Shown piece after piece: positions 27,001 to 39,717 of a DNA stretch of 64,000 nucleotides. The stretch comes from Anthoceros angustus (taxonomy: Eukaryota; Plantae; Anthocerotophyta), in NCBI GenBank assembly GCA_010909165.1, contig MU008161.1, positions 496,001 to 560,000 on the forward strand, in the 5' to 3' direction. The translations under genes and the position numbers were made by a program. A model generated the notes under the pieces. It worked only from the letters and a program-made list of their open reading frames with translations. It did no database searches and was not told the DNA's origin. Position 1 is the first letter of the stretch. Each line of letters starts with the position of its first letter.

Positions 27001-27147
27001 AATAGCTAAGTGGATAAGCTCAAGTAATATGCTTTGGCATATTCCTTGCATATTATAGTGTATTCTTAGGATACAATAGCGAAGTGGATAAGCTCAAGTA
27101 ATATGCTTTAGCATATTCCTTGCATATTACAGTGTATTCTTAGGATA
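27001..27147. repeat. ~74-bp tandem duplication in an AT-rich TE-like sequence
   Basis: AATAGCTAAGTGGATAAGCTCAAGTAATATGCTTT...TATTCTTAGGATA twice. Confidence 0.75.
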
Positions 27148-28205
27148 TTTCCGGCACATGCTGATGCCAATAGGATATCTTAGGAATATGCCGATACTAA
27201 GGGCTAGTATATATAGACCCTTCCATTGAGGACAAGCTCAGATCATAGTTTGTCCTCTAGATATGCAATTCAAGGGTGTTGTAAGGAGGCCAAAGCTATG
27301 ACTCTGAGAGCGATGTGTGAGGAATTTGTGTGTTCTTCTCGTGGGGAGAGTGTGTTTGTGCCACGACGGGCGAGCTACTCCCTCTTGTTGTTGATTGGTT
27401 TGCACCTATATATCTGCGTATTAGATTTGTTTGCTTGGTTGTTGGTCGAGGAAGTGCTTATATGAATTCAAGTGCTTACCTCGTGCGACAACACCCTAAA
27501 ATCCGCTTCGGCTTCCTCCTCTTCCGTCTATTTCTTTGTCATTTTAAAATTAAAATTATATATATATAATTTGTAGGATATGATTATATCACGGTTTGTC
27601 TAGATAATCTAGGACTAAAGAGTTTAGTTCAAGCTGTATTTACTTCATTCGCCCCCAAGACAATCGATGTGGCGCCAGCATGCCGGTCGGAAATCCATCG
27701 TCATGCGGCTAATTGATCGGTAGTAAGGTAGATGGAGTCTTGTGACCAAGCCAATATTGCAATAAACCTGAAGCATATTCTCAATTTCATACTCTGGGAG
27801 GAGACCTAGGGCCGGCCTTTGGGGCAAGATACCATGCCTGCTGTTCGCAGATCTTAGATAAAGAAAGAATTAGTTTTGCTAGTGGCATAACAGTCCTTAG
27901 ATCTGTTTTTCATGCAATATTGCGTGGGACGAAGGTGCGGGTTAACACATAAGCTGGCACTCTACCTACTAAGGTTAAGGTAGGGTAAAGTTTTGAGCAA
28001 GTCTTTAGCTTCATAATTAAAATATTGATATGGTAAGTTTAAATCTAACTCCCGTCACCATGTTGCCAGATCCCACACGAAAACTCTTTCATTAACATGA
28101 AAAATGCCTCTTTCGATCTTAAGAAAGCTTACATATATCTCCATCATCTCATATATATATATGATATTCTATCTCTTGTCGTGGCTAGATGCAAGCAAAG
28201 CTTGC

Positions 28206-28317
28206 TCCTAGTCTCAACCATAAACGATGCCACTAGGGATTGGCAGATGTTAATTTGATGATGTCACCAACACCTTATGAGAAATCAAAGTTTTTGGATT
28301 CCGGGGGGAGTATGATT

Positions 28318-28359
<42 letters not shown>

Positions 28360-28446
28360 AGAATGGAGCCTACGGCTTAATTTAACTCAACACAGAGAAA
28401 CTTACCAAGTCCATACATAGTAAGGATTGACAGATTGAGAGCTTTC
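28206..28446 (+). pseudogene. Degenerate fragment of the nuclear 18S rRNA gene (~240 bp)
   Basis: TCCTAGTCTCAACCATAAACGATGCC, CTTATGAGAAATCAAAGTTTTTGG, GCTGAAACTTAAAGGAATTGACGGAAGGGCACCACCA, AGGATTGACAGATTGAGAGCT match eukaryotic SSU rRNA with many transitions; no flanking rDNA. Confidence 0.92.
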
Positions 28447-28456
28447 CTCTTAGCGC

Positions 28457-31272
28457 TAGTTTTATGGGAGGAGGATATTAGAAGTAAATACTATTCTAAA
28501 ATCTCTCGAGTAGAAATATGATACAATTTTAGGATATAGAGTGTGGGAAGCTTCTATATTACAATAAACTCCTTTTAGGGAGGTGACTCCCCTACATAAG
28601 GACCCTTGGCTTAGTACTCAATTGTTGGAGGATTTTCTCTAATCTTTTTTGTTACGCTTGATGCTCACCTTCTTGTGCGATCCTAGTTTAACCCAGGTGT
28701 TGCAACATGGATGTATTAATATTGATGGTGTTAGCATTAGCATACCGTTTAGTCTTGATCTATGTAATCAAGGTATTGCAACATGAGTATTGAATGTGAA
28801 ATTAAAGAATGGTTATTCCTTCTGTTGAGTCTGAAGCTTCTTTGGTCTTAGATCCATTTTATCAAATACATGCAGCTATCTAGGATGGTTAATTTGTACG
28901 CAATTGTATATCTTAATCTGAGACATAATAACATTGTTTAAAATTTGTTGCGAACTCTTTCAAGGCCATCAATCACATGAGGAGTAGAGTCCATCACACG
29001 GTGCCTCTTGATGTTGAGGAGGCCATGTCGGATCCTGAAAATCTCAAATATCTCGAAACATCATTCACTTCTTTTATTGGACACTTTATACTATATATAA
29101 TATTATGTATTTCATTTATGAGTTCGATATTCGGGATAGTGATTATTTTCATCGTTTACTTAATTGTAATCATAATCTATATCTTAAAGGCCTTCATCCT
29201 ATATCTTATATCTCTTGAGGATTCTATGGCACGAAACATTAGACGTACTATCATGAGGGAGCACCTCGCGAAGAGGGAGCACCTCGTGGAGAGGGAGCCG
29301 CAAGATGGGAGGAGAGAGCACCTCGTGGAGAGGAGCCACACGATGCAAAGAGGGAGCACCTCGCGAAGAGGGAGCCTAGAGAGAGAACAATATGGATGTA
29401 GACGAAGATTCGTCTATGGATGAGGAGGAGTGGGTTATGATATAAAACCTATTGAAGGTTTTAGAAATCTCGATTGCTAGAGCGATCACTTGAACTCGGA
29501 TCTCATTGTGAAGGATATCTTTTAACCACATCAATTATTGGGGTTGGGTTATTGGGTGAACCAAGTTCGCAATAATCGTCATAGAAAGGCAATGAGATCG
29601 AAATGAAGGAGGAACATGGAGAAGAGGGAGCCTAGAGAGAGAACAATATGGATGTAGACGAAGATTCGTCTATGGATGAGGAGGAGTGGGTTATGATATA
29701 AAACCTATTGAAGGTTTTAGAAATCTCGATTGCTAGAGCGATCACTTGAACTCGGATCTCATTGTGAAGGATATCTTTTAACCACATCAATTATTGGGGT
29801 TATTGGGTGAACCAAGTTCGCAATAATCGTCATAGAAAGGCAATGACTACGTGCCCGCTTAGTTTTATGGGAGGAGGATATTAGAAGTAAATACTATTCT
29901 AAAATCTCGAGTAGAAATATGATACAATTTTAGGATATAGAGTGTGGAAGCTTCTATATTACAATAAACTCCTTTTAGGAGGTGACTCTACATAAGGACC
30001 CTTGGCTTAGTACTCAATTGTTGGAGGATTTTCTCTAATCTTTTTTGTTACGCTTGATGCTCACCTTCTTGTGCGATCCTAGTTTAACCCAGGTGTTGCA
30101 ACATGGATGTATTAATATTGATGGTGTTAGCATTAGCATACCGTTTAGTCTTGATCTATGTAATCAAGGTATTGCAACATGAGTATTGAATGTGAAATTA
30201 AAGAATGGTTATTCCTTCTGTTGAGTCTGAAGCTTCTTTGGTCTTAGATCCATTTTATCAAATACATGCAGCTATCTAGGATGGTTAATTTGTACGCAAT
30301 TGTATATCTTAATCTGAGACATAATAACATTGTTTAAAATTTGTTGCAGAACTCTTTCAAGGCCATCAATCACATGAGGAGTAGAGTCCATCACACGGTG
30401 CCTCTTGATGTTGAGGAGGCCATGTCGGATCCTGAAAATCTCAAATATCTCGAAACATCATTCACTTCTTTTATTGGACACTTTATACTATATATAATAT
30501 TATGTATTTCATTTATGAGTTCGATATTCGGGATAGTGATTATTTTCATCGTTTACTTAATTGTAATCATAATCTATATCTTAAAGGCCTTCATCCTATA
30601 TCTTATATCTCTTGAGGATTCTATGGCACGAAACATTAGACGTACTATCATGAGGGAGCAGGGCACTGAGATGGAGAACCTCGTGGAGAGGGAGCCGCAA
30701 GATGGGAGGAGAGAGCACCTCGTGGAGAGGGAGCCACACGATGCAAAGAGGGAGCACCTCGCGAAGAGGGAGCCACACGATGGGAACAGCGAGCAGTGCA
30801 ATGAGATCGAAATGAAGGAGGAACATGCGGAGAAGAAAGATCTAGAGGAGCCGCGCGAGGGGAAGAGAGCGCAACACAATGAGACGGAAATGAAGAGGGA
30901 GGAACATGCAGAGAATAGGGATCTAGAGCAGCTCGAGGAGACGGAGATGAATTCAAGGGAGACACACACGGAGCATAGGGAACCTAGTGAGAGGGAGATG
31001 AAGACAAAGGAACACATGGAGAAGAGGGAGCCTAGAGAGAGAGAACAATATGCGGATGTAGACGAAGATTCGTCTATGGATGAGGAGGAGTGGGTTATGA
31101 TATAAAACCTATTGAAGGTTTTAGAAATCTCGATTGCTAGAGCGATCACTTGAACCTGGATCTCATTGTGAAGGATATCTTTTAACCACATCAATTATTG
31201 GGGTTGGGTTATTGGGTGAACCAAGTTCGCAATAATCAGTCATAGCTGAAAGGCAATGACTACGTGCCCGCT
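28457..31272 (+). repeat. Tandem duplication of a ~1.4 kb AT-rich unit (28457-29859, 29860-31272); copy 1 has internal deletions and a re-duplicated 3' part
   Basis: Identical blocks starting TAGTTTTATGGGAGGAGGATATTAG and ending GGCAATGACTACGTGCCCGC. Confidence 0.85.
30374..31105 (+). CDS. Hypothetical TE-associated ORF with a long hydrophobic segment and Glu/Arg-rich REP/REH repeats
   Basis: Open frame within the duplicated unit; no recognised family; broken copy at 28977-29445. Confidence 0.3.
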   Translation: MRSRVHHTVPLDVEEAMSDPENLKYLETSFTSFIGHFILYIILCISFMSSIFGIVIIFIVYLIVIIIYILKAFILYLISLEDSMARNIRRTIMREQGTEMENLVEREPQDGRREHLVEREPHDAKREHLAKREPHDGNSEQCNEIEMKEEHAEKKDLEEPREGKRAQHNETEMKREEHAENRDLEQLEETEMNSRETHTEHREPSEREMKTKEHMEKREPREREQYADVDEDSSMDEEEWVMI

Positions 31273-32254
31273 TAGTTTTTCTTCTTGTGCATGTGACTGT
31301 CAAGTTTAAATAAAATTATTTTTGACTGAGAGGTATAAATTGATACCCAATCTATTATGGTGTACGAAATGCTCACTTTTTGAAAACTCTCTAGATTATA
31401 CGTTCCCACAAAAAACGTTCCTGAGCTTGTTGAAAACTTTGTAGAACATACGATCGCACTAAAACGTTGTTCTGGAGTGTCGCAAGTATCAAAACGGTCC
31501 CCAAATCCTCCTTCCAGTGTACTTGAATGCATAAATTTCAAAATATTTCCTCCTTCCAGTGTATTGAATGCACAAATTTAAATATATTTTTGGGTTAAGG
31601 ATTAGGGTTTGCACGGTCGTCATCAATTTTGTTTGGTCATGCTCTGGACTGGACAAGGGCTTGCTTGCGGGAGGTCTTAGGGTCTATTCTAGGTACCTAA
31701 GTCCTTCAAATGTGCGGAAAGAGAACTTTTGGCCATGTATACCATACAAAACTGCATGTATAGTGAAGATGTGTATTTGGGTGTCACATGGAAGGAAATA
31801 CGTTTAACAGAATACCATAGGGAATCACATAAACTTTTTGAATACGTATGCCGAAAGAGAACTTTTGATTGGGGGCAGCCAGGGAATGGAGGCGAGAGAG
31901 AGAAATGAGACATCTGTAGCTGTAACCACGCCAACTGCGACGCCTGGATAGACCTAACCGCGACAAGACGAAGTGCAACTGCGAAGTGACGATGCAGTAT
32001 TCGCGAAATGTGGTAACCTATGGGTGACGGAGGGGGAGGGTGAGAGAAGGGAACAATTAACAGACCCTGGAGAGCACTAATAATTTACAAACCCCTAACG
32101 GCCCCGGCACTAATAACTTACATAGCCTGTAGGGCAATAACAATTAACGGACCTTGGAGAGCACGAATAATTTACAAACCCCGCCTAACAACCCACGGCC
32201 GTGCACTCTGTGGAGACGAGGTGGCTCCGTAGGGCCACGAAGCTGGGATGGGTG

Positions 32255-32303
32255 GCACCCCATCTAAGTATTGATCCATCCAAAGCATGCTTAACTGCGG
32301 AGC
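32255..32303 (-). pseudogene. Degenerate 5S rRNA-derived segment covering the internal control region
   Basis: Reverse complement CTCCGCAGTTAAGCATGCTTTGGATGGATCAATACTTAGATGGGGTG aligns with plant 5S CTCCGCAGTTAAGCGTGCTTGGGCGAGAGTAGTACTAGGATGGGTG (A box and C box). Confidence 0.6.
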
Positions 32304-33121
32304 TACAATGAAGTCATGTGTAGATAACTAAAGGGTGCTTTGGGCATTGTCATAAAGTGGTTGAGAAATGCAAACAAACCGGTTAAAGCTATTTGTTTGA
32401 ACACATAAACTAGATACACAAAATAGCATGGAAAAATGAAGGCTTGTAAGTTTGTTGGGATTTGTATCATGGTAGGTAGGTCGAAGCTTGATGCGATTTG
32501 TTAACATTAGAGCTTGAAGAGAAACCACAATTATGGCTTCATAGAGCAAGGCGCTCCGAATCCTATTTTTGTAGCCATCTCACAAATTAATCTGAATGTT
32601 TTTTCATGCTAAAAGAATCCCATTCTCTCACATGGAGTAACATCCATCTTACAGACCACTAATCACTAAGAGTCCTCTTTAGGTAGCTCTTCATTTGTGG
32701 CTGTAGCAATTCCTTTCTAACAAGAGATTGCATGAAGCATGCAACACATGCATCTTCTTAACAGGGCAGCTACTAACTTAATTTTTTACCTTTTCAACTT
32801 TTTACTTTTCTACCTTATTTCACCAGTACCGTTACTCATGGCCCATTTTCCCGAGCTTACTTATCCTTCCCCTTACACTTAGTGAGTAAAATTCGCACAT
32901 CATTGCAAAGTGCTCCTTCTCCGTGTTGAGAAAATCCACTAGCCTCTCCGTCCGTCGCGCGCAATACACGGGCCTATCGATGGACACAGGGGCCGAAACG
33001 AATGCGGGCACTACTTCAACGTTTCTCCATTTTCTTCTTATTGATTCTTTGGCCAAGACCTTGAGGGAAACGTTTTTCTACAAGCGTGAACGGGTACAAC
33101 ACCAAATTCTAAATCGGCCGC

Positions 33122-33265
33122 GAGCAGAGATGAAGAGGCTCAATTTGTGGAACAGAGATCAAAAGGCTCAATTTGATGAGCAGAGATCATAAGGCTCAAT
33201 TTGAGGAGCAGAGATCAAAGCGTTGAATTTGAGGAGCAGGGATCAAAAAGGATCAATTTGAAGGA
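33122..33265. repeat. ~28-bp degenerate tandem repeat, about 5 copies
   Basis: AAGGCTCAATTTGAGGAGCAGAGATCA-like units. Confidence 0.75.
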
Positions 33266-33520
33266 GCTTGGTAGTTCTGGGTTTAAGCTAAGTCATTCGG
33301 GTACCTAGGCCAATTCTAATTTTAGTCTCGAGCTCACTGCTTTCGCGTGCTATACAATTTCTAGACAGCTCTTTAACACTTTCGAGCAAGGTGACCTCAA
33401 AACGAATTAAAAGTTGGCAGACCTACGGCAGTCGACACTTTAAAAGAAAACTCTTGTGCCTGAAAAGCATGTCTACATGTCCGATAGATCAATTCTTCTT
33501 TTTTCGGGCAGGATAACAAC

Positions 33521-35191
33521 TCACTTCCTGCCGCTGGTTGTCACCCGTGCTTTGGCTTTCACTTCAATTTCCTGAGTTGGGTGGAGAAAGATGTGGTTTG
33601 TCGCAGTTGAGGGGTTGTGATTTTCAGCACCCTTACTCCAATCGTAGCTTACCGCATATGCAAAAATGGTGCCGTCGTTGTTGAAACAACTGGCTGGTAT
33701 TGGCTGAGGGCATCTTGCCAGGGCCTGCATATACCTTACAGGCTTAGAAGGAGGAGAAGGCAAAAGCAAGTTGCCAGTGAATAGGACCTTGTGTCTACCT
33801 TGAGTCTCTGTTTGCTGTCCTTGTCCCAGAAGTTATAACCACCGTCAGAGCCTGAAGTGGCAAAAGTGCCATGGACCTACAGGACAACAAATAAGCATAA
33901 GCACTGGGATGCCATGGAGCAGAATGGGGGACAAGGAGGACAGCCATGACAGGCACTCACAGGATGGAAGTTCATTGCATTCACAGCATAAATGTCGTTG
34001 TTGTCTCTGTGACACTTGAAGGTAAAGTTCTTGCTCTGCTGTGCCTCGTCAATGTGGTTCACAGCAACTCGCCCTTCGATTGAACCTACTAGAAACCCCT
34101 GCTTGTCAGGAAAGGTGGCAACACACCTCGTCTGAAACTTCAGGGGAGATTGCAGCCTCTTGTATTCTGTCTGCACAAAGCCTCAAGAGTAACTTATGAT
34201 GCTGCGATACACTCCAGGCTGCAAGGCTGGCAACCAAAGATCAAAAACAGCTACGACTGTGGTAGATGAGAATCCTTACCTGAGGAGATGCGAGATTGTA
34301 GACAACTATATTTCGATCAGCACAAGCAACCACCATCAGAGGATGCCTTACACTCATGGAATAGCACCTCTCCGGGAGTGTTTGTGTATGAGCGGGAGTT
34401 TGCGAGCGAAGGTCCCAATACCTGGACATAGGACGTTAAGAAAGCCGCGGAAGTCCACGATGTAAATTACCGAAGTCCAAATAACAGACAGTACAGCAGC
34501 GAGCAACACACTTGACAGTCTTGTCCCAGCTCCCAGTGACCAGTAAATTCATCTCTGGAATCCAAGACAGCTCCTTGATGGGTGCGTCGTGCATGCCAAC
34601 TGTAACTGGTGGGCCACCTGTGACTAACGGCCACATTTTTGCCTGCTTGTCACAGCCTCCCGAGAATACATGCATACCATCGTCCTTCCAAGCTGAGCAA
34701 AGGACCTGCATACCACAGGTACAAATTAAGCTCCGTGACTCAAAACCGTATGCCTACTGCCCCCTCAGTTCCGAGCAACTCACTGGCTGGTCATGACTAA
34801 TGGCGGCTTTTGGCACGCTCGTTCCATTCTGCTGGATCTCCCAACATCGTACCTGCAAACTTCATTCCGCAAAACTCAGCTCCTCTCCACCATGAACTTC
34901 AAGAAGACCTCAACAGCAGGCACAGAAGACTACCTCATACCTGATTATCCCACGAAGTAGCAACAAGATGGTTTGCCTTGGGGCTGAAACATAAACTGGA
35001 TATTCCGTCAGTCGGTGGTTGTACAACCTGCTCAAGCCGCCACACGACAATCCAGGATCATCTTCTGGCAGTTCCAAAGGGTGAGCACACCGAAGAACCA
35101 GCCTGACACATACCTCAAAGGACTTGTTTGGGTTGTGCGGTGAGGCAGCCCCGGACGCGCCGCCCATCGAGATACCGCTGAAGCTGGACAT
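33521..35191 (-). CDS. RAE1: mRNA export factor RAE1 (WD40), multi-exon
   Basis: [92 protein letters not shown]; ATG at 35191, TGA at 33521. Confidence 0.95.
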
Positions 35192-36099
35192 TGTCGGCCC
35201 TGGCAGCAACCCTTGGATGCCTTGATATCACGGTGGAGCAAGCTGGAACCAGATCAAACCGAGACGTGAACAAAGATTCAAACGACCCATGTCACCCGCA
35301 GTGGCCGTAAATTGGCTCGTTTCGACTGACCATTTGCTGCATCGGATACCCTAATCCCGCTTACAAATGTACACAGTAACAACGCGCTCTTACCTTTTCC
35401 CTTTTACTTTTCGTGGTGAAGAGAAGTCCTGGGAGCTATTCACTGCAAAACCCTTAAACCCGAGTAACAAAGGGCATGTAGGGAACACTTGTCCTCAAGG
35501 CTTCTCACCTAGTCGTTAGGATATAAAGACTTTAGGTAGGGCATTATAGGTACATATGTATAGGTATAGAAGATCCGACAAACATAGACCTCTAGACCCT
35601 TAGCATACCCTTTTTGTGTATTATATATGAATGGATTGACAATCTGTATTTGCTATATTCTGTATTGCTGTATTGACTATTCTAACCTGTTATGTACATA
35701 TCTATAAGTAGATCTATTTCTTGCTTTAAAAAACTAGTATTTTTAAATATCAAATAATATAATTGTAAACCTTTAATAATATAAAAAATTTAGTTATTTT
35801 CCTACTCTAAAAGGTAATTTTCTTAAGCCTCAAGTAGTAAAGTTTGTTAGTCTCACAATAAACCTCATTTTATTTATCGATATTAAATAATTTAAGTTAG
35901 TTTAATTTAATTTAATTGTTTTATTATGACTTATTACTTTCTTTCTCACTCTACCACAAACAAATCCCTATCCTGATCTTAGGTCCTTTTGCACTCTCAC
36001 TTTAACTATCTACCTAATCTTCGTGGCAATCTCATGTCAAATCCTAATCTCCCATATGTCACAAATTAAATAGCTGGATGTATAAATGACCGTAAAGTA

Positions 36100-37485
36100 A
36101 GTGTATGAGTTTGACGTGTCTTGTAGCGTAGTGGTGCTTTCTAGTTTTTGTAAAGCCAAGGGTCTCACTGTCAATATGCACAAGACCCCAAGATCATGCG
36201 ATTCAACTCTAAGGATTACAAGGGTGATTGCGTATTCTATTATGATGGACAAGAGGTGGAGATGGTCCGCTCCCATACGTACCTAGGTATTACGATTTTT
36301 GGTCCAAAGTTCAATTGGACTTTTTCCGCCTCTTCCCGTGCCACCAAGGGGATGGGTGCTACTGCTGCTCTGCGCCGGGTTTTATTCAGGATGAATATTC
36401 TGGATATCAACCTCCGGAAGCAGCTTTTCAACACACTAGTCATACCCTCCATTATTTATGGTGATGAGGTTTGGGGCCCGGGTCTTTCCTCTTCCTCTCG
36501 GGATAAGGTGGAAAAAGTACAAACCTCCTTTCTCCGTGCTCACATTGCCTGTAAGTGTTCGACCCCCTTACCTATCCTCCTTTCTGAATTTGCAGCCTTC
36601 CCCCTTAAACTTAATGGCCTCTTTCGCCTCTCTTGTTTCCTTTACCGTCTCGTCCTCCTTGACATTGTTAACCCTTCCCCCCCCTACCATCTCCTCGCCT
36701 TCAGGTCTTCCCACTCCCTTAGGTCAATTCTGATTCCCAAGGTTCTTTTTCTTGGCTCTCCCAAGCAGCTACTTGGCTTAAACGGCTTGACGTTGCTCCC
36801 CCTAGGCTCCCGACTTGGCCAACTCCCCATTCCCACTCTCCCCTTTCTCATCTCCCTCCCAACCACCTCATCCGGCGGGACCTTAAATTAAGATACCTTC
36901 GTCTCACTTGGTTCCCCCTTTCATTTGCCCCTCCCTTTACGTCCAAACTGCGTTTCTACAAGGAGGAGTTCCGGGTCAATCCCCCTTCTGGGTTCCCTGC
37001 CCTACCACGTTACCTCAGTTCCCCTCTCTCCTTCAAGCTCCATACTCTCATCGGTCAATTTTGTGTTAGCTCCCACCACCTCGAATCGAGACCGACCGTT
37101 GGCTTAAGCCCACACCTCCCCAAGCTGCTCGTATTTGCAAGCTCTGCTCCCTTGACCCTGAATCTGACTCCTATTCGGGCTCGATACTCTCTTCTTTTTG
37201 AGTGTGTTGGTTTTTCCTTGCGCAAATTCTTCTCGTTTCATATTCCGAAGCTCACTGGTCTATGTCTCTCCGAGCTTCTTGATTTTCAGCAAACCAGTTG
37301 GATTTCTTTATAGCTCCTTTGCCTCTTTTAGCTTTCCTTCCCTTTTTCCATCTTACACCATCGTTGTCTCTCAAGTTCAGTATGTGTATGCAGTGTTTTG
37401 CCTCTTTTTACGCTATACTATCTCTGTCCTACGATGATCCTTCATTCTTAGGGGACATAAATAAAGTTGTTGTTATGGTTGAATA
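36100..37485 (+). mobile_element. 5'-truncated non-LTR retrotransposon (RTE/RTEX/CR1-like ORF2 C-terminus)
   Basis: GLTVNMHKT, VRSHTYLGI, LFNTLVIPSIIYGDEVWG, KVEKVQTSFLR, Cys motif RICKLC; ends with AATAAA and a GTT-repeat tail at ~37460-37480. Confidence 0.8.
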
Positions 37486-38280
37486 ATGTCGCCTTTGATA
37501 AAGTCAGCACGAGTTCGGCCCTCTGCTAGGACATTTTCTCCACAATGCTGAGTAACGTTTTCCGGCTTGTTGTTGGTGCAATACAACACCGTCCACTACA
37601 AAAAAATAGGTGAGTCCTCGAATCTTCCCTGCCCAGTCCATGGATGCAAACTTCACCGCGCTTCAGCGTCACCATTCCCAGTACAGGTTGTCCCCAGCGT
37701 GAAAATCCTCCCTCGGCTGCGCGGCCGAAGAAACAGGAGACACAACAAACACCGAGACCTACGAGGAAGGGCAAGGCTGCGATTGTAGGCACTGGAGGCT
37801 ATGATCGTGTGAGAAGGAACCTGTGAAATCCTCCATCAGGGTCCGGGAATGAAACTCGACAGGCAGCAATACTCCTAAACTTGCGGAGGAGAAGGCAGCA
37901 AAATGTGCTGACTAACAAGGTTTGCTATCCGTGATGAGAATCCTTGCGGTAGCAGAACGTCAGATAGCTTATCCCCGCCAAGGAACGGTCCCCGCCGGGC
38001 AGCGGGCAAGGCGAACGTGCTTCTTTCCAGACAAAGCAGCCGTCATTCAGGTAAAGGTTGATGTCAGAGGCTCTCCAGCCTTCAAATTTTGAACGCGGCA
38101 AAAGTTCGAATGTCACGGCGTTTAAAAAGAGGCGCGCATTTGGCTTCTATACCTCGAGTCTGCGCGCACTTGCAGCTCATTTCGCTTGAGGAGCTTGCGC
38201 TGTGTCCGGTGTTGCTGTGCGGAGTCGTAGGGTTGTGTCCGCACTTGCGCTTGTGTGAGAGTGAGGCTTAGTGTGGCATC

Positions 38281-38745
38281 ATGTCGGGACGAGGCAAGGG
38301 GCCGAAATCCAAGTCGGTCACCAAGAGCACGAAAGCAGGGCTGCAGTTCCCTGTGGGGCGAATAGCCCGGTATCTCAAAGCCGGGAGGTATGCCAAGAGG
38401 GTGGGGGCCGGAGCGCCGGTCTATATGGCTGCCGTGTTGGAGTACCTGGCTGCGGAGGTGCTCGAGTTGGCTGGTAACGCGTCCCGGGACAATAAGAAGT
38501 CGAGGATCATCCCTCGGCACATTCTGCTGGCCATCAGAAACGACGAGGAGTTGAGCAAGCTGCTCAAGGGAGTTACAATTGCTGACGGTGGTGTGCTGCC
38601 GAACATCCAGGCGGTGCTGCTGCCGAAGAAGACTGGTGCCGGCGTTGTCGCGGACTCGAAGGATGGGGCTGCTAAGGCAACTCCTTCCCCTAAGAAGGCC
38701 ACGCCGAAGAAGGCCAAGGCTGCTGCTGCCACCCCTGAGAAGTGA
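38281..38745 (+). CDS. H2A: Histone H2A variant with an extended SPKK/TPKK C-terminal tail (H2A.W/H2A.M-like), intronless
   Basis: [54 protein letters not shown]; tail [12 protein letters not shown]. Confidence 0.97.
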   Translation: MSGRGKGPKSKSVTKSTKAGLQFPVGRIARYLKAGRYAKRVGAGAPVYMAAVLEYLAAEVLELAGNASRDNKKSRIIPRHILLAIRNDEELSKLLKGVTIADGGVLPNIQAVLLPKKTGAGVVADSKDGAAKATPSPKKATPKKAKAAAATPEK

Positions 38746-39717
38746 TATCTCAACGCCTCACGGCTTATGGTGTTTGTCAACACCACCTGCTCCTGAAATT
38801 TGTTTGCCCTTTGCAGCTGAGGCTCACGAAGAGGAGGGCTTTTGGAATGTGGGATATTCCGATGATGTCCCACTTTACTCCCAGATTGAACGAGTTTAGG
38901 GATACCAAGGCGTATTACGTGTTGGCTGACTTTGAGTGCAGGACTGTCAAAATTCGTAGGACGTTTTATTGAAATCAGGACGCATCTGTAGATTTTGATC
39001 CGTATGCAAATTGTTGTAGGCTGAAGTACAAGGATTGAGGTTTCACCTTTTGATGGGAGCCATCAAATGCTGTCCCTCAGCATGCCACCTTAGTGGATCT
39101 AAAAGCTTGTCCAGTGACCCCTTTTCCAGTTTGTTAGGCTGCAATTGATGACTGCCGCATCCAAGGTAACTACGCCCTAGCCCCTGGGGCTCCCTTTCAT
39201 GCTTCCATGAAGTAGCCCGGGCTGCATCTCCCATTGATGCCGTTCAGTGAAGTAGTTTCCCAGTGTGTTGCCAGGGTCATCCAACCCTTGCACAGACCGG
39301 CAGTAGGGCATTGTACGACCAGTGTGCTTGTTAGATACAACTGGCATAGATAGTTACTCTCACCTGACAGGTGTACACAGCAGCAGATCAGGTTGTACTC
39401 ATTACCAGTTAACCGAAAATTGCAGACTGTAACCAGCTCTTTGTCTCCTTCATGATTGCTTCAACTCCCTTAAAGTGGATATGAGAATATTACCAGAAAC
39501 TGTAGTATGTGGACAAGTTGTCCTAGAAAAGACGCACCCGATTGTTGTTCCAAACAGCCGTGGGAGAAATCTTGAACAAACCCTGGGTGTAAGATATCTT
39601 TCCAACAGCTCAGACCCATTCCTCAGGATGTCATATAAAGGGAGTTGATGACACCCACCTTACGCAAGAGCGAGATCGTGCCAAAGAAAATTACACCTGT
39701 GGTTCACCAGTAGACTA

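Noticed and set aside
26387-27490. Possible solo LTR (TGTAGC...CGACA) with a nearby PBS-like TGGCGCC at ~27670
   Set aside because: No matching target-site duplication, no second LTR, and no clear tRNA 3' match
28206-28446. Functional rRNA gene
   Set aside because: Only ~240 bp, mutated at conserved positions, no rDNA context
37594-37610. CACTACAAAAAAA resembling a CACTA terminus
   Set aside because: No partner TIR or subterminal repeats found
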